Assembly (NCBI GenBank): GCA_947476535.1
Contig: CANJRC010000008.1
Location: 845-64,844, forward strand
Length of the DNA: 64,000 nucleotides
From: Betaproteobacteria bacterium
GTDB lineage: Bacteria > Pseudomonadota > Gammaproteobacteria > Burkholderiales > SG8-39
Reading direction: 5' to 3'
Shown here one piece after another: positions 40,278-48,918 of this stretch. The notes beneath the pieces were generated by a model. It saw nothing but the letters and a program-made list of their open reading frames with translations. It did no database searches and was not told the DNA's origin. How positions within the stretch are numbered: position 1 is the stretch's first letter; the number at the start of each line of letters is the position of its first letter. Both the position numbers and the translations under genes were made by a program.

Positions 40278-41447
40278 ATGAGCATCAAGGGCAAGGCATA
40301 CATCGCAGGGGCATTCGAGCATCCGACCCGAAAGGCGACGAACATATCGGTGGCCCAACTGCACGCGGAGTGCGCCAAGGGCGCGCTGGCCGACGCCGGC
40401 CTGTCGCTGAAGGACGTCGACGGTTATTTTTGCGCCGGTGATGCGCCGGGGTTGTCCGGCCCGATGACCATGTCTGACTACATGGGATTGAGGCCGCGAC
40501 ACATTGACTCCACGGACGCCGGCGGTTCCTCCTACCTGGTCCATGTGAGTCACGCCGCGCAGGCCATTGCCATGGGCAAGTGCAACGTGGCCTTGATCAC
40601 GCTGGCTGGCCGGCCCCGCTCGGAGGGCCACAGCGGTACCAAGCCGCGCGTGGTCGGAGCCAATTTTCCGGATGCGCCATTCGAGTCGCCCTATGGCCCG
40701 GTCACGGTCAATCTCTATGCCATGGCGGCCATGCGCCACATGCACCAATTCGGCACAACGAGCGAGCAACTCGCCTGGATCAAGGTCGCCGCGTCGCACC
40801 ACGCACAACACAATCCCCTCGCCATGCTGCGCGACGTCGTGACGGTGGAGGATGTGGTCGGCTCGCCGATGGTCGCCGACCCACTGCACCGCCTGGATTG
40901 CTGCGTCGTGAGCGACGGGGGCGGCGCACTGATCGTAGTCCGGCCGGAGATTGCACGCAGCCTCAAACGGCCGCTGGTCAAGGTCATCGGCGCAGGCGAA
41001 GCACCGAAGGGACAGCGCGGCGGCGAAGTCGATCTGACCTACACCGGCGCGGCCTGGTCGGGGCCCGCCGCATTCAGTGAGGCCGGAGTTACACCATCGG
41101 ACATCAAATATGCATCCATCTATGACAGTTTCACCATTACAGTGCTGCTGCAACTTGAGGACTTGGGCTTCTGCAAGAAGGGCGAAGGTGGCAAATTCGT
41201 TTCTGACGGCAACCTGATTTCAGGCAGCGGCCGGCTACCCTTCAACACCGATGGCGGCGGGCTATGCAACAACCATCCCGCCAATCGTGGCGGGATGACC
41301 AAGATCATCGAGTGCGTACGCCAACTGCGCGGTGAAGCGCATCCCCGGGTGCAGGTGAAGAATTGCGATGTCGCCCTGGCTCAGGGGATCGGCGGTCTGT
41401 TGAGTACCCGCCACAACAGCGCCACGCTGATCATGGAAAGAGAATAG
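40278..41447 (+). CDS. Thiolase-like (SCP2/Ltp2-type) protein
   Basis: LDCCVVSDGGGA, IYDSFT, LEDLGFC, NTDGGGL; adjacent to a DUF35 gene. Confidence 0.88.
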   Translation: MSIKGKAYIAGAFEHPTRKATNISVAQLHAECAKGALADAGLSLKDVDGYFCAGDAPGLSGPMTMSDYMGLRPRHIDSTDAGGSSYLVHVSHAAQAIAMGKCNVALITLAGRPRSEGHSGTKPRVVGANFPDAPFESPYGPVTVNLYAMAAMRHMHQFGTTSEQLAWIKVAASHHAQHNPLAMLRDVVTVEDVVGSPMVADPLHRLDCCVVSDGGGALIVVRPEIARSLKRPLVKVIGAGEAPKGQRGGEVDLTYTGAAWSGPAAFSEAGVTPSDIKYASIYDSFTITVLLQLEDLGFCKKGEGGKFVSDGNLISGSGRLPFNTDGGGLCNNHPANRGGMTKIIECVRQLRGEAHPRVQVKNCDVALAQGIGGLLSTRHNSATLIMERE

Positions 41448-41523
41448 AAACGGCACCTCCGTGCCCACCCCAATCATGGCACCCTAGGGGATCGTCCCCG
41501 AACCGGGTGAGGAGATCGAGAAT

Positions 41524-41925
41524 ATGGCAACCCCCTACCAAGACAGGATCATCAAAGCACCCGCCCTCAACATCGGTGACGAGATCTATTACGACGCCGC
41601 GTCCCAAGGACGGCTTTTGGTCAAGCAATGCGCCGATTGTAAGAAGTACCACCACTACCCCCGGGCGCTCTGCCCGTTCTGTTTCAGCGACAAGACGGAA
41701 TGGAAGGAAGCGAAGGGGACCGGCACGATCTACACCTACAGCGTGACGCGCCGCGCCGGCCCGGATGTCTACACCATCGCATATGTCACCCTTGACGAGG
41801 GCGTGAGCATGCTGACCAATATCGTCGATTGCGATCACGACGCGATTCGCATTGGCCAGAAGGTAAAAGTGGTGTTCAAGCCAGCCGAAGGCGGCATGGC
41901 CATTCCGATGTTCGCACCGGCCTGA
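41524..41925 (+). CDS. Zn-ribbon/OB-fold (DUF35) protein
   Basis: CxxC...YPR..CPFC, GTIYTYS, V.LDEG...TNIV, IGQKVKVVF. Confidence 0.9.
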   Translation: MATPYQDRIIKAPALNIGDEIYYDAASQGRLLVKQCADCKKYHHYPRALCPFCFSDKTEWKEAKGTGTIYTYSVTRRAGPDVYTIAYVTLDEGVSMLTNIVDCDHDAIRIGQKVKVVFKPAEGGMAIPMFAPA

Positions 41926-41976
41926 CGACTCCGATCACGCGCCCCACCGCGCCCTCCCGACTCCCCGAACGCATGT

Positions 41977-42936
41977 TTATCGGGCATGGGCCGGGTGGTG
42001 GGCATGACTGGTGACCATCTCCAGTACGATGCGGCGATTCTGATCGGTGACCCGGGTCTGCACTACGCCCACCGTCCTGCCCTTCTGAAGCACGGCGGAC
42101 CTCAGATGCAGGCGATCGCCCATGCCGGCGCTGATATACCAGGCCGAGGCGCCGGTAAGGACGTATTCCGACGGAAGTGCAGCCACCGCTGTGCCCGCCG
42201 CCATGCCGAACAGCACGCCCCCGTGCACGTGGCCCACCCGGTTGCCGGTATGCGCGCCCAGCCTAACGGTATTGCTCGCGCCGCCACTCTTGAGCCGCCT
42301 CGCCGCTTGTCCCCAGAAGTGTTCGATGAACGAACCATGTCGGGAGCGCACCCGGAGTGCTGCCTTTGCCCTGGCAATCGATGACCGCTCGGTGGCATCC
42401 ATGTGCGATACCTCAAGGAGCGGGCGGTCTGGCGCAAACGGCGCGTTGTCCCAGGCAATGGGAACGAGCTTGATGCCCGCGGGCACAGGCGGACTGGCAA
42501 AGGTGCCGCTAGCCTGGCAGATCAACTCGCCCGACGAATAGAGCGCCCCGATGGAGCGACCCTGGATTGCCGAGGCCTCCCTGAAAAATCCGTCGAACCG
42601 GGTCTTCGCATGAAGCTCATGGCGAGCGGTTGCGCCCGTGAACTGGAGATGCAGCGTCAGCGTGGCCATGCGCTGCATCTCGCCAAGATGCGCTCGAATG
42701 GCCACGCTCAAGCCCATGTCTGCAAGCGCGGCAATGGCTGCAATATTGATGCTTCCATCAACGTTCGCGCAATGTGGGCCGTACTGCAGGGCAAGCTCGG
42801 CGCCAGCTTTATTGATGCCACGGGAATGGAACCCCAGAAAATGCGCAGGGAAGTGCAGTCCGGGCTTCCGGTTAGCCGCGATCGTGCGATTCACGTGCTC
42901 GAGCATGGACTGGTCGTCGTTGTCAGGTCTTTTCAT
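41977..42936 (-). CDS. Double hot-dog fold (PaaI-like) thioesterase
   Basis: NVDGSINIAAIAALAD in the first half, NRVGHVHGGVLFG in the second. Confidence 0.75.
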   Translation of the reverse strand: MKRPDNDDQSMLEHVNRTIAANRKPGLHFPAHFLGFHSRGINKAGAELALQYGPHCANVDGSINIAAIAALADMGLSVAIRAHLGEMQRMATLTLHLQFTGATARHELHAKTRFDGFFREASAIQGRSIGALYSSGELICQASGTFASPPVPAGIKLVPIAWDNAPFAPDRPLLEVSHMDATERSSIARAKAALRVRSRHGSFIEHFWGQAARRLKSGGASNTVRLGAHTGNRVGHVHGGVLFGMAAGTAVAALPSEYVLTGASAWYISAGMGDRLHLRSAVLQKGRTVGVVQTRVTDQNRRIVLEMVTSHAHHPAHAR

Positions 42937-43195
42937 GAATTGATTCGAGTGAATATTGACTTGTCTATATGGGCCGCGCGGCGGTCGACGCAGCCACCGC
43001 ATGCGCACCCTCGCACACGACTCTTGACGGCGGGGAAGCAGTCCATTTCCGATTCAGTCCCATACTTCGGAGATGGCGTTGATACACTGGAATGATCACC
43101 TTTCTCACGTCTCCTGTTCCGGCTTCCCCATTGAAGAGGTAAACAGCCGCTATGCCCCACTTCCATGACCGTCCGCCACTCTTCGTGAGTCCAGC

Positions 43196-43870
43196 ATGAT
43201 CAACAAAATAGTCCAGTCGATGGCCGACGCATTGGCAGGAATAAAGGATGGCGCCACCATCCTGGTCGGCGGCTTCGGCGTAATGGGGCAACCTGTGCAT
43301 CTTATCAAGGGACTGATCGAAACCGGGGTCAAGGATCTCATCGTGATTGCCAACAATCCGGGCGTGGGCCGAGCCGGCCTGGCCCACCTGCTCGCAGCCG
43401 GGCGGGTCAGCAAGGTCTTCTGCTCGTTTCCACGCACTTCGGAACCATTCGTCGAACTATCCCGAGCCGGCAAAATCGAGTTCGAGATCGTGCCGCAGGG
43501 AACCCTTGCCGAGCGGGTCCGGGCTGGGGGGGCCGGGATCAAGGCTTTTTACACGCCGACTGCGGTCGGCACCCGGCTGGCCCGCGGCAAGGAACAGCGC
43601 GACATCGGCGGGAGAACGTATGTGCTGGAAAAGGCATTGCGGGGGGACGTGGCCTTGCTGGAGGCCTGGCAAGGTGACCGCTGGGGCAACCTGACCTACA
43701 AGTCCTCTGCGCGCAACTTCAATCCCATCATGGCGGCGGCTGCCGACCTGACCATCGTCCAGGTGCAGCATCTGGAAGAACTGGGTGCGATCGACCCCGA
43801 GGCTGTCATCACGCCCGGAATTTATGTCAATCGTGTGCTCCATGTCCCGTACGGGTTGCCGATTGGGTGA
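43196..43870 (+). CDS. 3-oxoacid CoA-transferase subunit A
   Basis: Paralog of 28828..29514 (PQGTLAERVRAGGAG, DRWGNL, RNFNP). Confidence 0.92.
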   Translation: MINKIVQSMADALAGIKDGATILVGGFGVMGQPVHLIKGLIETGVKDLIVIANNPGVGRAGLAHLLAAGRVSKVFCSFPRTSEPFVELSRAGKIEFEIVPQGTLAERVRAGGAGIKAFYTPTAVGTRLARGKEQRDIGGRTYVLEKALRGDVALLEAWQGDRWGNLTYKSSARNFNPIMAAAADLTIVQVQHLEELGAIDPEAVITPGIYVNRVLHVPYGLPIG

Positions 43871-43901
43871 GGCGACCGACAGCCCGGCGCAAGCGCGACG
43901 C

Positions 43902-44561
43902 TCATATCGCTGAAGCATTCGCTTCGAGGACGCCCGTGAACTTGAGGTTCTGATCCTCCGGCGGAACAGCCAGGCAGTCGTGCAGCGTATTAAGGAACTT
44001 CCAGTAGGCAACCACCGCCGCCAACTCGACGACCTGCGCGGGTGACAGCGCCTTGGCGAGACGCGCGCGCAACTCGTCGGGGACACCGCCGGGTTCGTGC
44101 GATGCCTTGCGCGCAAACTCAAGGCACAGGCGCTCGAAGTCACTCGAAGATGTCTCGCGTCCGTCAATGAGCTCGTGGACCTCCTTCATGGACAAGCCCC
44201 AGCCCTCGGCCTCGCCCAGCCCGGCACGGGGACGGGTCAGGAACTGGCACTGATGCGTGGTGCAATACACGCAGCCATTGGCCGCACTGCAGACCACGGC
44301 GAGCTTGCGCCGCAATACGCGGTCCAGCGTGCCATCGGGATTGGACGAAATGTTGTCAATCATCGCCAGGATGGCGCGCAGGACGCCGGCATTGTGCAGG
44401 TAGAACTTGTGGGAATTGGCGACGAAGCCCAGCCGTCCGATGAGGGCATCGAGAGCGGGCTTCACGTCGGGCGGGCAGCTCGACAGATCCGCATAGGGAA
44501 TGAAGGGCTCCCAACTGGAGTCGAACTTCTGCTTTGGAACGTTTGCATCAGGAGCATTCAT
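43902..44561 (-). CDS. AhpD/CMD-family protein with CxxC
   Basis: VCSAANGCVYCTTH, QVVELAAVVAYWKFLN. Confidence 0.8.
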   Translation of the reverse strand: MNAPDANVPKQKFDSSWEPFIPYADLSSCPPDVKPALDALIGRLGFVANSHKFYLHNAGVLRAILAMIDNISSNPDGTLDRVLRRKLAVVCSAANGCVYCTTHQCQFLTRPRAGLGEAEGWGLSMKEVHELIDGRETSSSDFERLCLEFARKASHEPGGVPDELRARLAKALSPAQVVELAAVVAYWKFLNTLHDCLAVPPEDQNLKFTGVLEANASAI

Positions 44562-44581
44562 TGCCGGCACCCTAAGAATAG

Positions 44582-45574
44582 TCAATCGGCCAGTTTCAGT
44601 TTCAGTTCCTCGACAATCCTCTTCCAGACTGCGTTTTCCTCCTTGATGATGTTGGCCAGCTCGCCGGGCGTCGACCCCACGCGTTCGTGGCCGAATGGCT
44701 TGAGCCGCTCGATGACATCCGCATCATTCATGATGGCGGCCAGCTCCTTGCTGAGCCTATCGACGATCACCGCGGGGGTGCCCGCCGTAGTAACAATCCC
44801 GTACCAGACGCGAATATCGAAACCGGGATAGCCCTGTTCCGCCACGGTCATGAGGGTCTTGTCGGGATCGAGGCGCATCGGCGCCGCGCTGGCGATGCCC
44901 CTCAGCTTGCCGGCCCTGATCATCGGGAGCGGCGCCGGCATCAGCTGATAGGAGAAATCAATCTGCCCGCCGAGCAGCGCCGCTGTTTGCGCCGCGGAGC
45001 CCGGGTATGGAATATGCGCCACATCGATGCCCGCCGCCTTCTTCAGGTGCTCTAGCGCGACGTGCGTGTTGGTGCCCACACCATCCGAGCTAAAGTTCAG
45101 CTTGCCGGGGTTGGCTTTCGCGTAGGCGACCAGTTCCTTCAAATTGTGAATGGGCAAGGAGGTGCGCCCAATGAGCCAGATTGGCGGGTTGTAAACAACC
45201 AGGCTGATCGGCGCGAAGCTCTTGATCCCATCGTAGCCCAGATTGGGCCGCAGGTTCGGCAGCGCGGCAAACCCGGTCTGCGATGCGATAAGCAGCGTGT
45301 GTCCATCGGGAGCCGCGCGCGCGACGATAACCGCTCCCGTGGCACCGCTTGCGCCGGGGCGATTCTCCACCAAGACAGTCTGGCCAAGCCGGGGCCCCAG
45401 CTTCTCAGCCACGATGCGTGTGAAGGCATCGATGTTGCCACCTGGGGGAAACGGGACGACGATCGAGACGGGACGTGACGGGTAGGTCTGCGCGCCCGCA
45501 TCGCTCGATCCTGCTGCCACCGATACAAGAAACGCAGCAAGCACCGCGCTCTTCATGGCCGAGATTCCCTTCAT
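44582..45574 (-). CDS. Bug/TctC substrate-binding protein
   Basis: YPSRPVSIVVPFPPGG, ENRPGASG, YAKANPGKLNF, HIPY; GGAGGTG RBS before ATG 45574. Confidence 0.92.
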   Translation of the reverse strand: MKGISAMKSAVLAAFLVSVAAGSSDAGAQTYPSRPVSIVVPFPPGGNIDAFTRIVAEKLGPRLGQTVLVENRPGASGATGAVIVARAAPDGHTLLIASQTGFAALPNLRPNLGYDGIKSFAPISLVVYNPPIWLIGRTSLPIHNLKELVAYAKANPGKLNFSSDGVGTNTHVALEHLKKAAGIDVAHIPYPGSAAQTAALLGGQIDFSYQLMPAPLPMIRAGKLRGIASAAPMRLDPDKTLMTVAEQGYPGFDIRVWYGIVTTAGTPAVIVDRLSKELAAIMNDADVIERLKPFGHERVGSTPGELANIIKEENAVWKRIVEELKLKLAD

Positions 45575-45612
45575 ATTCACCTCCCTGGATTTGTCAAAGC
45601 GGCCGATCGCAA

Positions 45613-45665
45613 GCCGTGCCGCAGCTTAGGCGCCGTGCCGCAGCTTAGGCGCCGCTAGCGGCGCC
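45613..45665. repeat. 19-bp tandem duplication overlapping an 18-bp perfect palindrome
   Basis: GCCGTGCCGCAGCTTAGGC twice (45613-45650); GGCGCCGCTAGCGGCGCC (45648-45665). Confidence 0.85.
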
Positions 45666-45667
45666 GC

Positions 45668-45712
45668 ACAATCGGTTTGCCGGAAACAGTCCTCGTCCAA
45701 AAACTCCATGAT
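45668..45712 (-). promoter_or_regulatory. Conserved 45-bp upstream element, copy 1
   Basis: 37/45 identical to 47701..47745; both lie upstream of paralogous Bug genes. Confidence 0.6.
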
Positions 45713-45862
45713 CGTCCGGCGACGTGCATGAACCAGAAAACCTCGCAGGCGCAATCGTCCTTCCCACCAGGCGCAACGACGCAGCAGCCATGACGAACGG
45801 GGACGGCGCCGACCAGGTGGAAAATCCCGTGCGTCAGCGAGCACCTCCCAGATCAGACACTC

Positions 45863-46489
45863 TCAGCCACCGTGCTTGCCGGCATCCCACCCATGGGGCT
45901 GGAGGAATTTCTCGCCAACGCCCATTGGTTTCGCCTCCAGCGGCGTCGCCATCGTGTCATTCCAGCGGTTGAGGAAACCAAACAATGAGATTACGGCGAC
46001 AATTTCAACGATCTGATCGTCGTTCCAGTACCTGCGCAGATCGTCGAACATCTCGTCGGTGACATCATTGGGAACCGATCCTGCGGCCAGCGCAAAATCC
46101 AGCGCCATCCTTTCCGCATCAGTGAACAGCGGGCTGGATCGATAGTCCCAGATCGCCGCAAGCCGCTGCTCCTCGATACCGTTGAGCAGGGAACTGCCCG
46201 CCGTATGAGCCATGCAATAGCGGCATCCGGCTGCCTGGCTCGCGACATGCCCGATCAGCCGCTTGAATCCGCCATGTACCGCCCCCTCCGGATCGAATAC
46301 TGCCGCCCTGAGATTGCCAAGCGCCTGGACCAGCTTGGGGCGTCGCTGCATGATCAGCTCGCTGTTGGGCATGAAGCCCAGCGTGTTCTGATAACTCTGA
46401 AAAATGGGGAGCAGTTCAGGAGCATGTCCGACCGGTAACGGATCCATGCGAGGCTTTGGAACTGCTCTTGGGCGCTTCACGATCGACAC
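45863..46489 (-). CDS. AhpD/CMD-family (peroxidase-related) protein with CxxC
   Basis: LGFMPNS, VASQAAGCRYCMAH, FTDAERMALDFA, FGFLNRWNDTMATPLE. Confidence 0.85.
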   Translation of the reverse strand: MSIVKRPRAVPKPRMDPLPVGHAPELLPIFQSYQNTLGFMPNSELIMQRRPKLVQALGNLRAAVFDPEGAVHGGFKRLIGHVASQAAGCRYCMAHTAGSSLLNGIEEQRLAAIWDYRSSPLFTDAERMALDFALAAGSVPNDVTDEMFDDLRRYWNDDQIVEIVAVISLFGFLNRWNDTMATPLEAKPMGVGEKFLQPHGWDAGKHGG

Positions 46490-46625
46490 CTAGCCAGTTT
46501 CCGGCCCGCAGCCACGAAGAGGAAACGCGCAGCCACAAACGTCAACTGCACAGGCGAGACTCTCTTCATACTCTCGTCCCTGTTCGAGCTTTGCGCATAT
46601 ATTTGCGTGCCCTTGGTGCATCCAT

Positions 46626-47618
46626 CTAGTTGGACTGCTTCAAATTCAGGTCCGCGACGATCTTCTTCCACGCTGTGAATTCCTCTCGAATCGCATCGGC
46701 GAGCACATTCGGCGGGGTGCCGGCGACTTCGAAGCCGAAGGGCTTGATCCGCTGGATGAGGTCCGCATCGTTCATCACGGTGACCAGTTCCCTGTTCAGT
46801 CTGTCGACAACGTTCTTCGGCGTGCCGGCGGGGGCAACGATCCCGTACCAGCCGCGGTAGTCGAAACCGGGGTAGCCCTGCTCCGCCACCGTCATGAGGT
46901 TCTTGTCGGGATCCACGCGCGTGGGTGCCGCACTGGCGATCGCCTTCAACTTGCCGGACCTGATCTGTTCAAGCGGTCCTGGCAGCAGCACGTAGGCCAT
47001 CTCGATCTGCCCCCCCAGCAGCGCCGTCATCATCGGGGCGGTGCCCTGATAGGGAATATGGACGATATCGATGCCAGCCGCCTTCTTCAGGTGTTCGAAA
47101 TTGACATGCGTCGATGTCCCTAGGCCGTCCGAGCCGAAGTTCAGTTTCCCGGGATTTGCCTTTGCGTAGGCAACCAGTTCCTTCAAATTGCTGACTGGTA
47201 TCGAGGCGCGCGCCACAAGCCAAATCGGCGGGTTGTAGGCTACCAGGCTGATCGGCGCGAAGCTCTTGAGCGGATCGTAGCCCACGTCGGGCCGCAGGTT
47301 CGGTAGCGCTGCGTATTGTGTCTGGGCCGCATTGAGCAACGTATATCCGTCCGGCGCAGCGCGCGCCACCGAGGCCGTGCCAGTGCCGCCGCTGGCACCG
47401 GCGCGATTCTCCACCACGACACTCTGCCCTAGCCGCGGAGACAGCTTTTCAGCAACAACGCGCACGAAGGCATCCATGTTGCCGCCGGCTGGAAACGGGA
47501 CAACGATCGCAATCGGTCTGGACGGATAAGTCTGCGCAACCGATATGCCCCAGCCCGCAAAGCCAGAAACAAGCAGCGAAGCCAGCAACGCCCCCTTCGC
47601 AAACGCCATGAAATTCAT
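46626..47618 (-). CDS. Bug/TctC substrate-binding protein
   Basis: Close paralog of 44582..45574 (YNPPIWL, LMTVAEQGYPGFD); GGAGGTG RBS. Confidence 0.92.
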   Translation of the reverse strand: MNFMAFAKGALLASLLVSGFAGWGISVAQTYPSRPIAIVVPFPAGGNMDAFVRVVAEKLSPRLGQSVVVENRAGASGGTGTASVARAAPDGYTLLNAAQTQYAALPNLRPDVGYDPLKSFAPISLVAYNPPIWLVARASIPVSNLKELVAYAKANPGKLNFGSDGLGTSTHVNFEHLKKAAGIDIVHIPYQGTAPMMTALLGGQIEMAYVLLPGPLEQIRSGKLKAIASAAPTRVDPDKNLMTVAEQGYPGFDYRGWYGIVAPAGTPKNVVDRLNRELVTVMNDADLIQRIKPFGFEVAGTPPNVLADAIREEFTAWKKIVADLNLKQSN

Positions 47619-47700
47619 TTTCACCTCCACGTTTTTTCGCCACGACATCCCTGCCTCACGCATGACTTACGGCGCAATTATCTGCCAGCCTCTATGCTAA

Positions 47701-47745
47701 ACAATGCGCTTACTGGAAACAGACCTCGTCCTAAAACTCCACGAT
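47701..47745 (-). promoter_or_regulatory. Conserved 45-bp upstream element, copy 2
   Basis: Matches 45668..45712 at 37/45 positions. Confidence 0.6.
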
Positions 47746-47935
47746 GGGCTGTCGTTGTTTCGTCGGGCCGGCGCCCGCACCCTTGCTCTTTTTTCCAAGG
47801 TGAGTTTCCGAATACGGGTTGGACCCGAGCGAGCGCGACGCTAAACTCGGCCACGACTTTCGGGTATGACCGCGCCGACATTCTTGCGGCCTCGAATCAT
47901 TGCCATCCAGGTACAGACGACTAAAGGGCCGAGCC

Positions 47936-48832
47936 ATGCGCTTGTGTGAAGGACGCGTTGCGATCGTGACTGGCGCCGGCCGCGGCGTCGGGCGCGCACA
48001 CGCGATGATGCTGGCCGCGCACGGCGCCAGGGTGATCGTCAACGACCTTGGCGCCACGCTCCAGGGCGACGGCAACGATCCGACGCCCGCCGCCGCGGTC
48101 GTTGACCTGATCCGCAAGAACGGGGGCGACGCCGTGGCGAACGGCGACGATGTCAGCAATTGGGAGGGAGCGAGGCGCCTCGTCGCCCATGCCGTGGATA
48201 CCTACGGGGGGCTCGACGTGCTCGTCAACAATGCCGGCATCCTGCGTGACCGGTTTCTCACCAACATGACCGAAGACGAGTGGGATGCCGTGGTGAAGGT
48301 CCATTTGAAGGGAACCTTCGCCCCGATGCGGCATGCCATCGACCACTGGCGCGCACGGCACAAGCTGACCGGCGAACCGGTCAATGCCCGCATCATCAAC
48401 ACCACTTCGATCTCGGGCCTGTTCGGCAACCCGAGCCAGGCCAACTACGGTGCCGCCAAGGCCGGCGTTGCCGCGCTGACCATCATCGCCGCGCGCGAAT
48501 TGGGCCGCCTCGGCGTGACCTGCAATGCGATATCACCCTTCGCCATGACGCGCATGACCGAGGGACTTGGCCAGATCACGCCCGAGCAGCGGCGCCTCGG
48601 CGATCCGGCCAACAATTCTCCCGTCGTGGCCTGGCTGGCGAGTACCGACTCCCAGGACATCACCGGCAGGATATTCCGTATCGGCAGCGGCTTTGTATCG
48701 GTTATGGAAGGTTGGGAAAACGGCCCGCGCTTCGACCCGATCGACGACGCGGCGGCGCTCGGCGCAGTCATCCGCACACACATCGCGAAAGCACGCAAGA
48801 ACACCGGCCCCAAGGGCACCCCACTCGACTAG
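47936..48832 (+). CDS. Short-chain dehydrogenase/reductase
   Basis: TGAGRGVG, VNDLG, NNAGILRD, NYGAAK (YxxxK). Confidence 0.93.
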   Translation: MRLCEGRVAIVTGAGRGVGRAHAMMLAAHGARVIVNDLGATLQGDGNDPTPAAAVVDLIRKNGGDAVANGDDVSNWEGARRLVAHAVDTYGGLDVLVNNAGILRDRFLTNMTEDEWDAVVKVHLKGTFAPMRHAIDHWRARHKLTGEPVNARIINTTSISGLFGNPSQANYGAAKAGVAALTIIAARELGRLGVTCNAISPFAMTRMTEGLGQITPEQRRLGDPANNSPVVAWLASTDSQDITGRIFRIGSGFVSVMEGWENGPRFDPIDDAAALGAVIRTHIAKARKNTGPKGTPLD

Positions 48833-48918
48833 ACCGCGCCAGACGAACACCGAGGAGAGTCCCCAGCGGCGCTCTGGGGCCTGAAACGGCAGCGTCACAA
48901 CAATCACGGAGCTCATCC

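Noticed and set aside
42933-43166. 77-aa ORF with CACGGC
   Set aside because: It lies in a divergent promoter region with no RBS or family resemblance; likely chance.
48280-48918. 611-aa ORF suggesting an N-terminally extended acyl-CoA dehydrogenase
   Set aside because: The extension overlaps the SDR gene in another frame and is Arg/Pro-rich shadow sequence.
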